From Candidatus Latescibacterota bacterium (GTDB taxonomy: Bacteria; Latescibacterota; UBA2968; UBA8231), in contig CBDAOB010000005.1 in assembly GCA_965197905.1 (NCBI GenBank), positions 1,228,176 through 1,292,175 on the forward strand: a stretch of DNA of 64,000 nt, written 5' to 3'. The notes under the pieces are model-generated. The model made no database searches and had not been told where the DNA came from. It saw only the letters and a program-made list of their open reading frames with translations. Shown piece after piece: positions 28,015 through 38,000 of this stretch; position 1 is the first letter of the stretch, and each line of letters begins with the position of its first letter. Both the position numbers and the translations under genes were made by a program.

Positions 28015-29618
28015 CGGGAGTGATGGAGGACAACATTTCGTTCAAGACCGTAGCCTTGACTACCGGACTGGCCACTGTGGGCGTCGCGTCCCTGTTTCGC
28101 TACGCCGAACTGCAGCACGGTGCTGGCATGCCTCTGGATGACTCATGGATCCACTTGCAATTCGCGCGCAATCTCGTCGAGGGGAACGGCTTCGCCTTCA
28201 ATCCGGGCGAGACGACGGCGGGTTCGACGGCTCCGCTGTGGACCCTCTCGCTTGCCGCACTGATGCTGTTGCCCTGGGACATCCTTGGTTCGGTCAAGGT
28301 GTTCGGCATTCTACTTCATTGGGCGAGTTCCGTGTTGGCCGTTCGCCTGGCTCGCAGCCATGGGTTGGAAGCTCCATGGGCCCTCCTGGTCGGTCTCGTA
28401 GTGGCGACAACCCCCAGGCTCGTCTGGGGAGCGCTTTCGGGGATGGAGATCCCGCTGTACCTGCTGCTGTCGACCGCGGGACTTTGCTTTCACGTTGAGT
28501 GCATCGGTCGTTCGCCGTCGATCTTGGGCACTATGCTGGTGGCATTAGCAGTGCTGGCGCGCCCGGAGTGTCTCATTCTTTTCCCGCTCTGTCTCATCGA
28601 CAGGTGGCGTTTCGATCGTTCCCAGGATCATCGGCGAATGAACCTCAGGCACGGTCTGCTCTACGCCGCCATCATGGCGCCATCGATTGTCTTCAATCTG
28701 CTCGTCTCCGGCAATCCGCTTCCCAACACCTACTACGCCAAGGTGGGTGGTTACGGATTACTGCAGGCGATCGCCGCAGCTGATATGACGCAGGTGGGAA
28801 AAGCGCTGGTTGTCTATCCGTTGATTCAGGCTCGCGAGCTGGGTCGGTTCGCGGTGGAGAACAGTCTTTTCGTGAGCATGGCCTGCCTCCTGGGTTTCCT
28901 GGAGCTGCTGCGTCGCGATCGAACTGAGAACGGGAAGTTGTCATGGATCATCCCGCTCGTCCTCGTGGCGTTTCCGCTGGTCCGCGGGGCAGTCGCCCCG
29001 TTCAAGGGAGCGTTATTTCAGCACGGTAGGTACGCGGCTTTTCTCGTGCCGCTAATCACGGTTGCCGGAGTACTGGGTTTACGGAGCCTGTTCGAGGTTC
29101 TCGCTCACGGCCGCTCCGGCAAGCAACTCCAGCTCCTGCGGCAATGGGCCATTCCCGCCGTCGTAGGTCTACTAGTGCTCGAGCTGGCCGTCGCCAACAT
29201 CAAATACGCCCGCACCTACGCACGCAACGTGGCCAACATCAACGCCACTCACGTGAAAATGGGGCAGTGGCTGGCCAGCAATACGCCAGCGGACGCCGTC
29301 GTTGCCACCCATGACATCGGCGCCGTTGGATTCTTCTCGAATCGGTATCTGTACGATACTACCGGCTTGATAACGCCGACTGTTCTGGACTACCTGCCGA
29401 AAGGACGACCAGCGGACAAGGGCGTCGCCCGCTTTCTGCGCGATAAGAAACCCGACTACCTCGTGCTGATCCCCAGCTGGTACCCGACCTTGACCCGAAG
29501 AATCGGAGGGATTCAAGCGGTATTTTCGATCAATGTCTCCGACAACACGGTGGTCGCCGGGGACCGGTTCGTCGCCTATCGACTACCCTGGTCCTCGCTG
29601 CCCCCGGATGGTCCGTAG
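28011..29618 (+). CDS. polytopic membrane protein, GT-C/PMT-like glycosyltransferase candidate
   Basis: An N-terminal loop DDSWIHLQFARNL after TM1 (a DE/DD-type motif as in ArnT/PMT). Many TM helices and a C-terminal soluble domain. Confidence 0.5.
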   Translation: MTGVMEDNISFKTVALTTGLATVGVASLFRYAELQHGAGMPLDDSWIHLQFARNLVEGNGFAFNPGETTAGSTAPLWTLSLAALMLLPWDILGSVKVFGILLHWASSVLAVRLARSHGLEAPWALLVGLVVATTPRLVWGALSGMEIPLYLLLSTAGLCFHVECIGRSPSILGTMLVALAVLARPECLILFPLCLIDRWRFDRSQDHRRMNLRHGLLYAAIMAPSIVFNLLVSGNPLPNTYYAKVGGYGLLQAIAAADMTQVGKALVVYPLIQARELGRFAVENSLFVSMACLLGFLELLRRDRTENGKLSWIIPLVLVAFPLVRGAVAPFKGALFQHGRYAAFLVPLITVAGVLGLRSLFEVLAHGRSGKQLQLLRQWAIPAVVGLLVLELAVANIKYARTYARNVANINATHVKMGQWLASNTPADAVVATHDIGAVGFFSNRYLYDTTGLITPTVLDYLPKGRPADKGVARFLRDKKPDYLVLIPSWYPTLTRRIGGIQAVFSINVSDNTVVAGDRFVAYRLPWSSLPPDGP

Positions 29619-29704
29619 CATCCCCGCCCATTGTCAGAAAATCGGCCAACTCGTACCTTGTCAGTCTTGTCTGCGTACCACAATCCAATAGCTCGAGAGC
29701 CACA

Positions 29705-30673
29705 ATGAAGGCGATTCGGTTTCACGACAGCGGTGGCCCCGAGGTCCTGCGTTACGAGGAGATCACGGATCCGCAGCCGGCAGCCGCACAGGCATTGATC
29801 ACCGTCGAAGCTTGCGGATTGAACTACATCGATACCTATCACCGGAGCGGCCTCTATCCGGTCGACCTGCCGTGTATTCCTGGAATGGAGGCGGCCGGCG
29901 TTGTAGCAGCGCTAGGCGAAGGAGTCAGCGATTTCGCCGTGGGAGATCGAGTCGCCTACGCTGGAGTTTTGGGCGCCTACGCCGAGAAGGTTGCTGTCGA
30001 CGCGGGGAAGCTGGTGAAACTCCCAGACGGCGTCGATTGCGAAACAGGCGCGGCCTTGATGCTGCAGGGCATGACGGCACACTACCTCACTCACAGCACC
30101 TACCCTCTTGGAAAAGGAGACACGGTTCTGGTGCACGCGGCCGCCGGAGGGGTGGGTCTGCTTTTGACTCAACTCGCGAAGATGCTTGGGGCCCGGGTGT
30201 TCGGCACCGTATCGACGGCAGCCAAAGAAGAGCTTGCCCGTGCCGCCGGTGCCGATGAGGTAATAAGGTACACCGAGAACGATTTTGAGAAGGAAGTCTT
30301 GGCAAACACCGAAGGGCGCGGGGTCAACGTGGTTTACGATGGTGTGGCCCGAGATACCTTCGAGCAGAGTCTCAACGTGCTAAAGCCCCGGGGGTATATG
30401 GTTCTGTTCGGCCAATCCAGTGGTCCGGTGGAACCGTTCGATCCGGCTATTCTAAACATCAAGGGATCCCTCTTCCTTACGCGACCCACGATGGTGAATT
30501 ATGTCCAGACACGGGAGGAGTTGTTGGAGCGGGCGAATGATCTCCTGCAGTGGGTGGTGGACGAGCGACTCGACGTACGCGTAGGCGAGCGATTTCCACT
30601 GGCCGATGCTGCGGAGGCACACAAGGCGCTGCAAGGGCGGCGAACAACGGGAAAGGTATTGTTGTTACCGTGA
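29705..30673 (+). CDS. qor: NADPH:quinone oxidoreductase (zinc-free MDR)
   Basis: Qor pattern: no catalytic zinc ligands, an AAGGVG Rossmann motif and a 322-aa length. Confidence 0.8.
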   Translation: MKAIRFHDSGGPEVLRYEEITDPQPAAAQALITVEACGLNYIDTYHRSGLYPVDLPCIPGMEAAGVVAALGEGVSDFAVGDRVAYAGVLGAYAEKVAVDAGKLVKLPDGVDCETGAALMLQGMTAHYLTHSTYPLGKGDTVLVHAAAGGVGLLLTQLAKMLGARVFGTVSTAAKEELARAAGADEVIRYTENDFEKEVLANTEGRGVNVVYDGVARDTFEQSLNVLKPRGYMVLFGQSSGPVEPFDPAILNIKGSLFLTRPTMVNYVQTREELLERANDLLQWVVDERLDVRVGERFPLADAAEAHKALQGRRTTGKVLLLP

Positions 30674-30731
30674 GCGTAAAGCGGACCCGGTAGCTATCCG
30701 ATGTACCCGGAAGACGCAAAGGAGCAGTAAT

Positions 30732-32089
30732 ATGGTAGAAGGACTCGACGGCCAGGAGAGCGGTGATCTCGAAACCGACGCGCAGCAGCGTGCTACTCAA
30801 GAGCCGGTGGCCGAGCCGGCCGCAGCGGCTGAAGCGATTAAGGCGCCCGAAGTGATTGGGGAGCCCGAAGCTGACGCGCCTGAACCGGAAAGTGAGTTCT
30901 CCAAGCTACTTCGGGAACAGGAATCCGGAGAGGGCGACCGCGTCCTCAAGGGGGGGGAGAAGGTGAGCGGGGTCCTGGTCAAGATCGGTGAGGAAGACAG
31001 CTTCATCGATTTCGGCGGGCGCAGCGAAGGAGTTATCAAGACCGTCGAGCTGAAGGATGAGGACGGATCGGTGCAGTTCTCCGAGGGTGATCCCCTCGAG
31101 GTCTTTGTCGTATCCGAAGGGGAAGAAACCGTATTGACCCGATCCCTGCGCCACGAGGATGTCAGCTCCGATCACCTGCAGCAGGCCTACACGAACGGAA
31201 TCCCCATCGAAGGCAAGGTCGAAGCCGTAAACAAATGGGGTCTTGGAGTCTCCCTGGCCGGCGACATCAGAGCCTTCTGTCCCATATCACAGATAGACAC
31301 GCAATTCGTCAAGGATACCGAGCCGTATCGCGATCAAAGTTTCAGTTTCAAGATCATAGAGTATCGCAATGGGGGCCGGAACATCGTCGTTTCTCGGCGT
31401 GCGTTGTTGGAGGCAGACGAGAAGAGGATATCCGATGAGGTTCGCGCCGGACTCAAGAAAGGTGCTGAGATCGAAGGTACCGTTACCCGCTTGCAGCCGT
31501 TTGGCGCATTTGTGGCATTGGGTGGGGGCGTCGAAGGGCTCATACACGTGTCCGAGATGAGTTTCCAGAGGGTGAAACATCCGTCTGAGGTTTTGCAGGA
31601 AGGGCAGCAGGTCAAAGTGGCGGTTATCGAGCTGAAGAATCTCAGAAGCAAGAAGAAAGAGCGAATCTCCCTGTCCTGAAGGCGCTGGAAGAAGATCCCT
31701 GGGATGAGGTGGTCAAGCAGTTCAAACCGGGTTCAGTGGTAGAAGGCAAGGTCGACGCATTGGAAGAGTTCGGCATCTTCGTCGAACTCGCCCCCAGTGT
31801 ACGCGGTATGGCCCACATTTCGGAACTTTCAGACAAGAGAGTCAATCATCCGAAAGACGTTGTGTCGGTGGGCGACACGGTGCGCGTGGCCATTGTCGAG
31901 ATGGACAACAAACGGCGTAGACTTCGCCTCTCCCTCAAGCAGGCGGAGCGCTTCGAGTCGGCGACCAACCTCAAGGAGTTTCAGCAGCGCCAGGAGAAGG
32001 GCCAGGAAACACAGGGAAGCAATGCGATGCTCGATGCTTTACAACGTGCCAATTTGATCGACAAGCAGGGCTCCCAGTCAGAAAAATGA
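30732..32089 (+). pseudogene. rpsA: 30S ribosomal protein S1 (4 S1 domains, acidic N-terminal tail), interrupted by a -1 frameshift near 31671-31679
   Basis: The 30732 frame ends ...KKKERISLS*. The -1 frame continues LKALEEDPWDEVVKQ..., reconstituting the canonical inter-domain S1 sequence RISLSLKALEEDPW. One C appears missing in a tcc ctg / tcc(c)tg repeat. Confidence 0.7.
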
Positions 32090-33339
32090 GTGGGTCCTTG
32101 AAAAAGCTCTTCGCAGGCGAACCCATCGGTTTTATCGGAGGTTTCGGGGGGGCTTTCGTACCCGAAATTCTAAGGACCACACTCGACGAATTGGAGGCGG
32201 CGTTTCGCGATGCGAGCGCCGACCCATCCTTCTGGCAGGAATTCGTCGAAACGATGCAGACCTACTCTTGCCGCCCGACCCCCGTGACCTATCTGGAGAA
32301 TCTCAGCCGCGAGCTCGGCGGTGCCCAGATCTATTTGAAACGCGAAGACCTGAACCACACCGGAGCGCATAAGCTCAATAACGTAATGGGACAGGGTTTG
32401 TTGGTGAAACGGATGGGTAAGAAGCGGGTCATCGCGGAGACCGGGGCCGGGCAACACGGGGTGGCGACAGCCACCATGGCTGCTCGAATGGGTTTCGAGT
32501 GCACGGTTTACATGGGTTCCGTCGACGTCGAGCGACAGAGGCCGAACGTCTTTTGGATGCAACAGCTGGGTGCCGAGGTGGTCCCGGTGGAGGACGGTGC
32601 CGCAACCTTGAAGGACGCAATCAACGAGGCCATGCGGGATTGGGCCTACTCGATGGGCGACACCCATTACGTCCTGGGAACCGTCTGCGGCGCCCACCCA
32701 TTCCCGCAGATGGTGGCATATTTTCAAAGTATAATTGGCAAAGAGAGCCGCGAGCAGATGTTGGGTCGAACAGGGCGTCTGCCGGACAGGGTCTATGCCT
32801 GCGTTGGTGGGGGGTCCAACGCCACCGGCATATTTCAGGGTTTCCTAGAGGATACGGAGGTGGAACTCGTTGGGGTGGAGGCCGCGGGATTCGGGTTGGA
32901 TAGCGGCCGACACGCCGCGCGGCTCGCTGGGAACGACGGATCCGTGGGGGTGGCTCAGGGGTACAAGACCTACTTTCTTCAGGACGAGGATGGACAGATG
33001 AAACACACCCATTCCGTCGCCGCTGGCCTGGATTACATCGGAGTGAGCCCGATACTTTCCCACCTGTACGAGGTCGGCCGCGTTCGCTTCGAAGCGACCG
33101 ACGACAAGGAAGTGGTCGAGGGGCTGCGCCGGCTGATGCGCGCCGAGGGCATTATCGCAGCGCTGGAGAGTGCACATGCCGTCGCCTTAGCGTTGCACGA
33201 GATCCCCGCTATGAATCGGGACGATGTTGCGTTGGTGAATCTCTCCGGCCGCGGCGACAAAGACATATTCACCATTGCCGACGCAATGAACGACGAGGGA
33301 TGGAATCAGTTTCTGAAAAATCGGGCAGCCAAGCTCTGA
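32086..33339 (+). CDS. trpB: tryptophan synthase beta chain
   Basis: HTGAHKLNN PLP-lysine motif and GAGQHG. The start overlaps the S1 stop (ATGA). Confidence 0.9.
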   Translation: MSGSLKKLFAGEPIGFIGGFGGAFVPEILRTTLDELEAAFRDASADPSFWQEFVETMQTYSCRPTPVTYLENLSRELGGAQIYLKREDLNHTGAHKLNNVMGQGLLVKRMGKKRVIAETGAGQHGVATATMAARMGFECTVYMGSVDVERQRPNVFWMQQLGAEVVPVEDGAATLKDAINEAMRDWAYSMGDTHYVLGTVCGAHPFPQMVAYFQSIIGKESREQMLGRTGRLPDRVYACVGGGSNATGIFQGFLEDTEVELVGVEAAGFGLDSGRHAARLAGNDGSVGVAQGYKTYFLQDEDGQMKHTHSVAAGLDYIGVSPILSHLYEVGRVRFEATDDKEVVEGLRRLMRAEGIIAALESAHAVALALHEIPAMNRDDVALVNLSGRGDKDIFTIADAMNDEGWNQFLKNRAAKL

Positions 33340-34112
33340 ATCTGGAAGGGGAGATCCGCCAAAGACTGGGAGAGCGAAAGATATTGCTCATGACCCACCT
33401 GATTGTGGGTTATCCATCCCTGGAGGCGAACTGGGAGATGCTGGAGGTGATGGCGGAGGTTGGGGTTGATATGGTGGAACTGCAGCTCCCGTTCAGCGAA
33501 CCGATCGCCGATGGTCCGACCTTTGCCCGCGCCAACCAGATAGCGCTCGAACGGGGCATGCGAACGAACGCTTATTTCGATTTTTTTCGCCGGGCAGCCG
33601 GGCGTTTCGATTTCCCCCATCTCATGATGGGTTACTACAACGTGGCCTTTCGCATGGGACACGAAAACTTTTGCCAACGGCTCAGCGACAGCGGTGGTTG
33701 GGGATATATACTTCCGGATCTGCCGTTCGAGCAGTACGGAGATCTGTTCGATTGCAGCCGGGCACATGCGATTGCGCCCATTCTGTTGATGACGCCGACA
33801 AATACCCCCGAAAGACTCGCCCAGATAGGCAGCCGCTCGGCTGGATTCGTCTACGTGGTGGCTCGCAAAGGAGTGACGGGCCGCAGGACCGAGTTGGATG
33901 CCCAGCTGGACGACTTCCTCGAACAGTGCAGAGCAAACACCTCCTTGCCGCTCGCTCTCGGTTTTGGTTTGCAGAGCGGCGACGATCTTCGAGGCCTGCA
34001 GGACAGGGTTGAAATGGGCATCGTTGGCTCCGTTTTGCTAGATCGTTGGGATGCCGAGGGTCTCGAAGGGTACCGCAAGCTTCTCACCGAGTTGGGGGCC
34101 GCCCGAAATTAG
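33300..34112 (+). CDS. trpA: tryptophan synthase alpha chain
   Basis: The VELQLPFSEPIADGPT motif aligns with the TrpA active-site loop. The start is uncertain by a few codons. Confidence 0.85.
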   Translation: MESVSEKSGSQALNLEGEIRQRLGERKILLMTHLIVGYPSLEANWEMLEVMAEVGVDMVELQLPFSEPIADGPTFARANQIALERGMRTNAYFDFFRRAAGRFDFPHLMMGYYNVAFRMGHENFCQRLSDSGGWGYILPDLPFEQYGDLFDCSRAHAIAPILLMTPTNTPERLAQIGSRSAGFVYVVARKGVTGRRTELDAQLDDFLEQCRANTSLPLALGFGLQSGDDLRGLQDRVEMGIVGSVLLDRWDAEGLEGYRKLLTELGAARN

Positions 34113-34140
34113 CGGGGTACCGCGGCGTGCGGGTTGTTCC

Positions 34141-35031
34141 TCAACCGGGTCCTGTACTCTGGCGTAGCAGCTGTTCCAGATAGTGCCGGTAGTCGCAATC
34201 GGGAATCTTTTCCGTTAACGACTGGAGGGCCGCTTCGTCGATGAACTCCTGTTTGTACGCGATTTCTTCCAGACAAGCTATCTTCAGTCCCTGACGTTTC
34301 TCTATTGCTTCGATGAACGAATTGGCCTCCTGCAGGCTTGACGGAGTGCCGGTGTCCAGCCATGCCGTCCCGCGGCCTAGGCGTTCGACTCTTAGGCGAC
34401 TCGATTCCAGATAAGCGCGGTTGACGTCGGTGATTTCCAGCTCGCCGCGAGCCGACGGATTCAAGGCGCGGCAAACTCGGCACACCTCCTGGTCGTACAC
34501 GTAGAGTCCCGGCACCGCATAGTTCGACTTGGGCGTTGCCGGTTTTTCTTCGATGCCCACCACGTTTGATTGTTGATCAAACTCGATGACGCCGAAATCC
34601 TGCGGGTTGCTGACGTAATAACCGAAAATGAGAGCGCCGTCCGAGAAACTTTTCAGGGCTTCGGAAAACCCTCCCTCGCGGTAGAAATAGTCGCCGTAGA
34701 AGACATTGTCTCCCAGAATCAGCGTGATGGCGTCGCCGGCGATAAACTCTTCGGCAAGAAGAAAGGCCTGGGCGATACCTTCGGGACGCGGCTGAACCTC
34801 GTAACAAACCCGCAAGCCCAAATCGCTGCCATCGCCGATGAACTCCCGCAACACGGGTACATCCTTGGGTGTCGAGATGATACAGATATCCCTTATCCCG
34901 CCCAACATCAACGTCGAAAACGGATAGCAGATCATCGGCTTGTCGTACACCGGAACCAGTTGCTTACACACAATTCGGGTCAGCGGGTATAGTCGGGAGC
35001 CAGTGCCGCCCGCCAATACGATGCCTTTCAT
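34141..35031 (-). CDS. rfbA: glucose-1-phosphate thymidylyltransferase
   Basis: The N-terminus MKGIVLAGGTGSRLYPLT and the overall RmlA pattern. Confidence 0.85.
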   Translation of the reverse strand: MKGIVLAGGTGSRLYPLTRIVCKQLVPVYDKPMICYPFSTLMLGGIRDICIISTPKDVPVLREFIGDGSDLGLRVCYEVQPRPEGIAQAFLLAEEFIAGDAITLILGDNVFYGDYFYREGGFSEALKSFSDGALIFGYYVSNPQDFGVIEFDQQSNVVGIEEKPATPKSNYAVPGLYVYDQEVCRVCRALNPSARGELEITDVNRAYLESSRLRVERLGRGTAWLDTGTPSSLQEANSFIEAIEKRQGLKIACLEEIAYKQEFIDEAALQSLTEKIPDCDYRHYLEQLLRQSTGPG

Positions 35032-37910
35032 ATCGAGTTCCCTTTTCCAGTTTCCGTAGGTGGAAAGGTGAGTTGGACCTTCTTTTTGAACAAGGTTGTG
35101 GTCTGCAGGTTCAGATGTTCATCGCCGTCGTATCTGACGAGAAACCAGGTATCCTGCCGGTCGGGCAGGGAGAAGTTGATGTCCATCGCGTGTTCATTGT
35201 CGGGTATGGATATCCACCAGGGGGATTGAAACCGCTCGGCCAGAGGACGCACGTAGTCCGGGTCGTCAATACCGCTGAATTCGAGCCGATTCTGCTCAAA
35301 CCAGAGGTCGACCAGTTGCCGTCCTCGGTACTTGCTGGGCACGGACGGATCGACCGTGTATACTGCCAACGCGATGGGTCGAGGGGAACGCTCGAGAATG
35401 CCCGGCAGCAAGGGACCATTGAACGTGAAGACGACGCGGTAGAAGCCCGGTTCCAGCCGCGGGTAAAACACACCGGCTGCAATGGGGCCGTCGGAGGTTT
35501 TCTCATCATGCTCGAAGACCTTGATAAGCTCCGGACTTCCTGTATCAAACATGGGAAGCTGTCGCAGGGAGAACTGCTCCAACCCGATTTCGCCGAATCC
35601 AGAGTACTCCACGTAGAAACGCCCAAGACTGATGCGCCCCACGTAGAACGCCTGAGACACACCCGGGCTCGGTGATGGGACAATCGGCTTACTCAAATGG
35701 ATTCTCGACCTGCTAACGGCTGGCACGTTGGTGTACAACAAGGACACGAGGTGACCTGTGACACGCGGAATTGGACTCTTGGAGAATAGGTCGGGCGTGT
35801 CGAAGCTGTAATATCCGGGGTCCAGCAACGGACCATCGAGATTGACAAGCAGGCCAAGCGCGTCTCTGCCTTCGCGGGGCAGGAAAGTCCCGTCGGGTTC
35901 CCGTGTGCCGACCATTTGGTTCGTCAGGTCGAGCTCGAACGAACTGGCGACGGGGATGATTCGTGGTTCGCCGTGAGCCGGGTTGTCATAGGTGAGCCCA
36001 ACCGCCGAATCGGCAATCCTCTGCGTCGGAATGGCAGTGCTCCAAAGTTTCGGTGCGAGCAATGCCAGCAGAACTAGGGCTGGCTGATACCTGCCAAGAA
36101 ACCTGGCGCCGGCCAGGACGAGAATACCACAAAGTACGATCTCGCTCACCGCGACCGAATCGCGGTCAGGCGTAAAATGAACCTGCCATGGATAGTACTG
36201 ATTTACGGATCGGTATTCGTGATTGACCCCGTTGTATCCTCCTTCAGGGAATTCCACCGTCGTCGTTACGGTGTCCAAGCTAACGGTCCACGCCATCGCC
36301 AGCAGGAACAACCCTAGGGCGGTTTGTCTTTTGGAGCCGAAGGACCAGGCTAGTCCCAGAACCAACACCGGCAGCGCTGTTATCAGGAAACGACCCGGGT
36401 ATCCAAATCCGAAGGTCCAATCCGGATGGGCGCCGTTGACCGCCGCGGTGCAGATGTAAAGGGCGCAGCAGACAAGGGCCAAACGACTTCGTGTCCGTGC
36501 GAGCAAGGTCAAACCCACAAGGCTGTACAGGAATACGGGCGCAGCGTTCAGCAGGCCGTGGGTGCTGAGCAACCAGTGCCCGGGTAGCGAGGTGAACCAA
36601 ACGGCCGGATTTAACGACCCTTCCGACCAGGCATTCCCCGGACGGAAGGGTCCTAGCCAATCGTTGCTGAAGGTGTAGTTGAAGCGAATGTGGACGGCGG
36701 TCATGACCAAACTGACCGCCAACACCGACACGATGTTGCGCTTATTTTCGACGCTGAACCAGCATTGAAGCAGGAGCAAGGCGAGCAAAAGAGCCGTCAG
36801 GGGCAGGTATCGGGGATGCAGAAATGGCAGGACCCACGCCAGGAGTGCCAGCAACCCAAGCCACGCAATTTCCCAGCGGCCCACAGATTGGTAAACGCCT
36901 TCGGAACGTTGCCAGTGAGGCATACATGACAGAGTGATAAGTGCGATCAGAAGGGCTGGCATTTCGGGGTAGAGTTGGTTGCTGTAGAGAAAAAAAGGGG
37001 CGGTAGTCGCCAACAAAAAGACAGCTATGAGGGCCGCGGCGACAGAAATGCCGACGCGACACAACCAGACAAAAGCCGCGGCTGAAGTTGCGGCTGCCAA
37101 AAGGCACATGAACAACGCGCAGGCCAAACGCGGGTTTGACCACAACTCGAGGCCGAGCCAGTAGGCCGGAACAAGCAGCACCGAAAGCCCGATGGGATGA
37201 ACCGAATGGACCTTTCCCGTCGGCGAGGCAGGAGCTTTGGCGAGACCGAAGTCCGTTATGTGGAACTCGTCGGTGGTGGAACTATCCAGGTTGTTCGCCA
37301 GATCCATGTCGCCATCCCGAATCAAACTCTGAGTCACGCGCAGATACTGGCCTTCGTCGCCATGGATCATGGTGACCTGACAGAAGTACAAGGTGTAGAT
37401 TCCATAACCTACCGAGCACAGCAGGAAAATCGTGATGGCAAGATACCTGACGGGTGACCGGTTCCAATCCGTTCCGATGGCAAGGTTGGGATAAACCATA
37501 TAACAGAGGCACAAGCCCCAGGTGGCGTGGGGACTCCACAACAACGTCAGATACGGAAATAGCTGGCAAAGCGGATTCCAAAGGGAAACCAGTCTGACGA
37601 CCGAAAGGGCTCCGGCCAACCACGCAAGGTGCAGGAATCGGTCGTCGGTTTGGAGGCGAAGTTCAGCGTTGGCACGTAGATGGGCGAGGAGCAGTCCGGC
37701 CACGGCCGTGATCAGAGGTGCCAGCGACCACCGAATCTCCAGATGGGAATATTCTACGATGGTGGACAGCGAGCCGGTGGAGGCAGCGACATGGACCGAG
37801 ATCCAGCAGATCGCAAACCACACCAGAAGCAGGAAGGAGGCGATCACCGAGGCGGCCGAGGGCGGAGGTAGGTGAGAGAGCCGGCAGAAAATCGATGAAG
37901 CAACGACCAT
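35028..37910 (-). CDS. very large (960 aa) polytopic membrane protein with a GT-C-like N-terminal half and a large C-terminal extracytoplasmic domain
   Basis: About 20 hydrophobic helices. An early loop TMIHGDEGQY (DE motif). A roughly 400-aa soluble C-terminus. The stop overlaps the rfbA start. Confidence 0.5.
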   Translation of the reverse strand: MVVASSIFCRLSHLPPPSAASVIASFLLLVWFAICWISVHVAASTGSLSTIVEYSHLEIRWSLAPLITAVAGLLLAHLRANAELRLQTDDRFLHLAWLAGALSVVRLVSLWNPLCQLFPYLTLLWSPHATWGLCLCYMVYPNLAIGTDWNRSPVRYLAITIFLLCSVGYGIYTLYFCQVTMIHGDEGQYLRVTQSLIRDGDMDLANNLDSSTTDEFHITDFGLAKAPASPTGKVHSVHPIGLSVLLVPAYWLGLELWSNPRLACALFMCLLAAATSAAAFVWLCRVGISVAAALIAVFLLATTAPFFLYSNQLYPEMPALLIALITLSCMPHWQRSEGVYQSVGRWEIAWLGLLALLAWVLPFLHPRYLPLTALLLALLLLQCWFSVENKRNIVSVLAVSLVMTAVHIRFNYTFSNDWLGPFRPGNAWSEGSLNPAVWFTSLPGHWLLSTHGLLNAAPVFLYSLVGLTLLARTRSRLALVCCALYICTAAVNGAHPDWTFGFGYPGRFLITALPVLVLGLAWSFGSKRQTALGLFLLAMAWTVSLDTVTTTVEFPEGGYNGVNHEYRSVNQYYPWQVHFTPDRDSVAVSEIVLCGILVLAGARFLGRYQPALVLLALLAPKLWSTAIPTQRIADSAVGLTYDNPAHGEPRIIPVASSFELDLTNQMVGTREPDGTFLPREGRDALGLLVNLDGPLLDPGYYSFDTPDLFSKSPIPRVTGHLVSLLYTNVPAVSRSRIHLSKPIVPSPSPGVSQAFYVGRISLGRFYVEYSGFGEIGLEQFSLRQLPMFDTGSPELIKVFEHDEKTSDGPIAAGVFYPRLEPGFYRVVFTFNGPLLPGILERSPRPIALAVYTVDPSVPSKYRGRQLVDLWFEQNRLEFSGIDDPDYVRPLAERFQSPWWISIPDNEHAMDINFSLPDRQDTWFLVRYDGDEHLNLQTTTLFKKKVQLTFPPTETGKGNSI

Positions 37911-38000
37911 TAGGAGGCTCAGTACCGCGTTTTGAGAAAGGGGGAGTGTCTATGGCGTCGGCAGGACCAGGGAGGAGGCCGAAAGAGTTCGGCCACGCTC

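Noticed and set aside
31709-32089. A separate 126-aa S1-domain gene starting at the GTG at 31709.
   Set aside because: The upstream -1 frame reads straight through with the canonical RISLSLKALEEDPW linker. A frameshifted single rpsA explains the sequence better.
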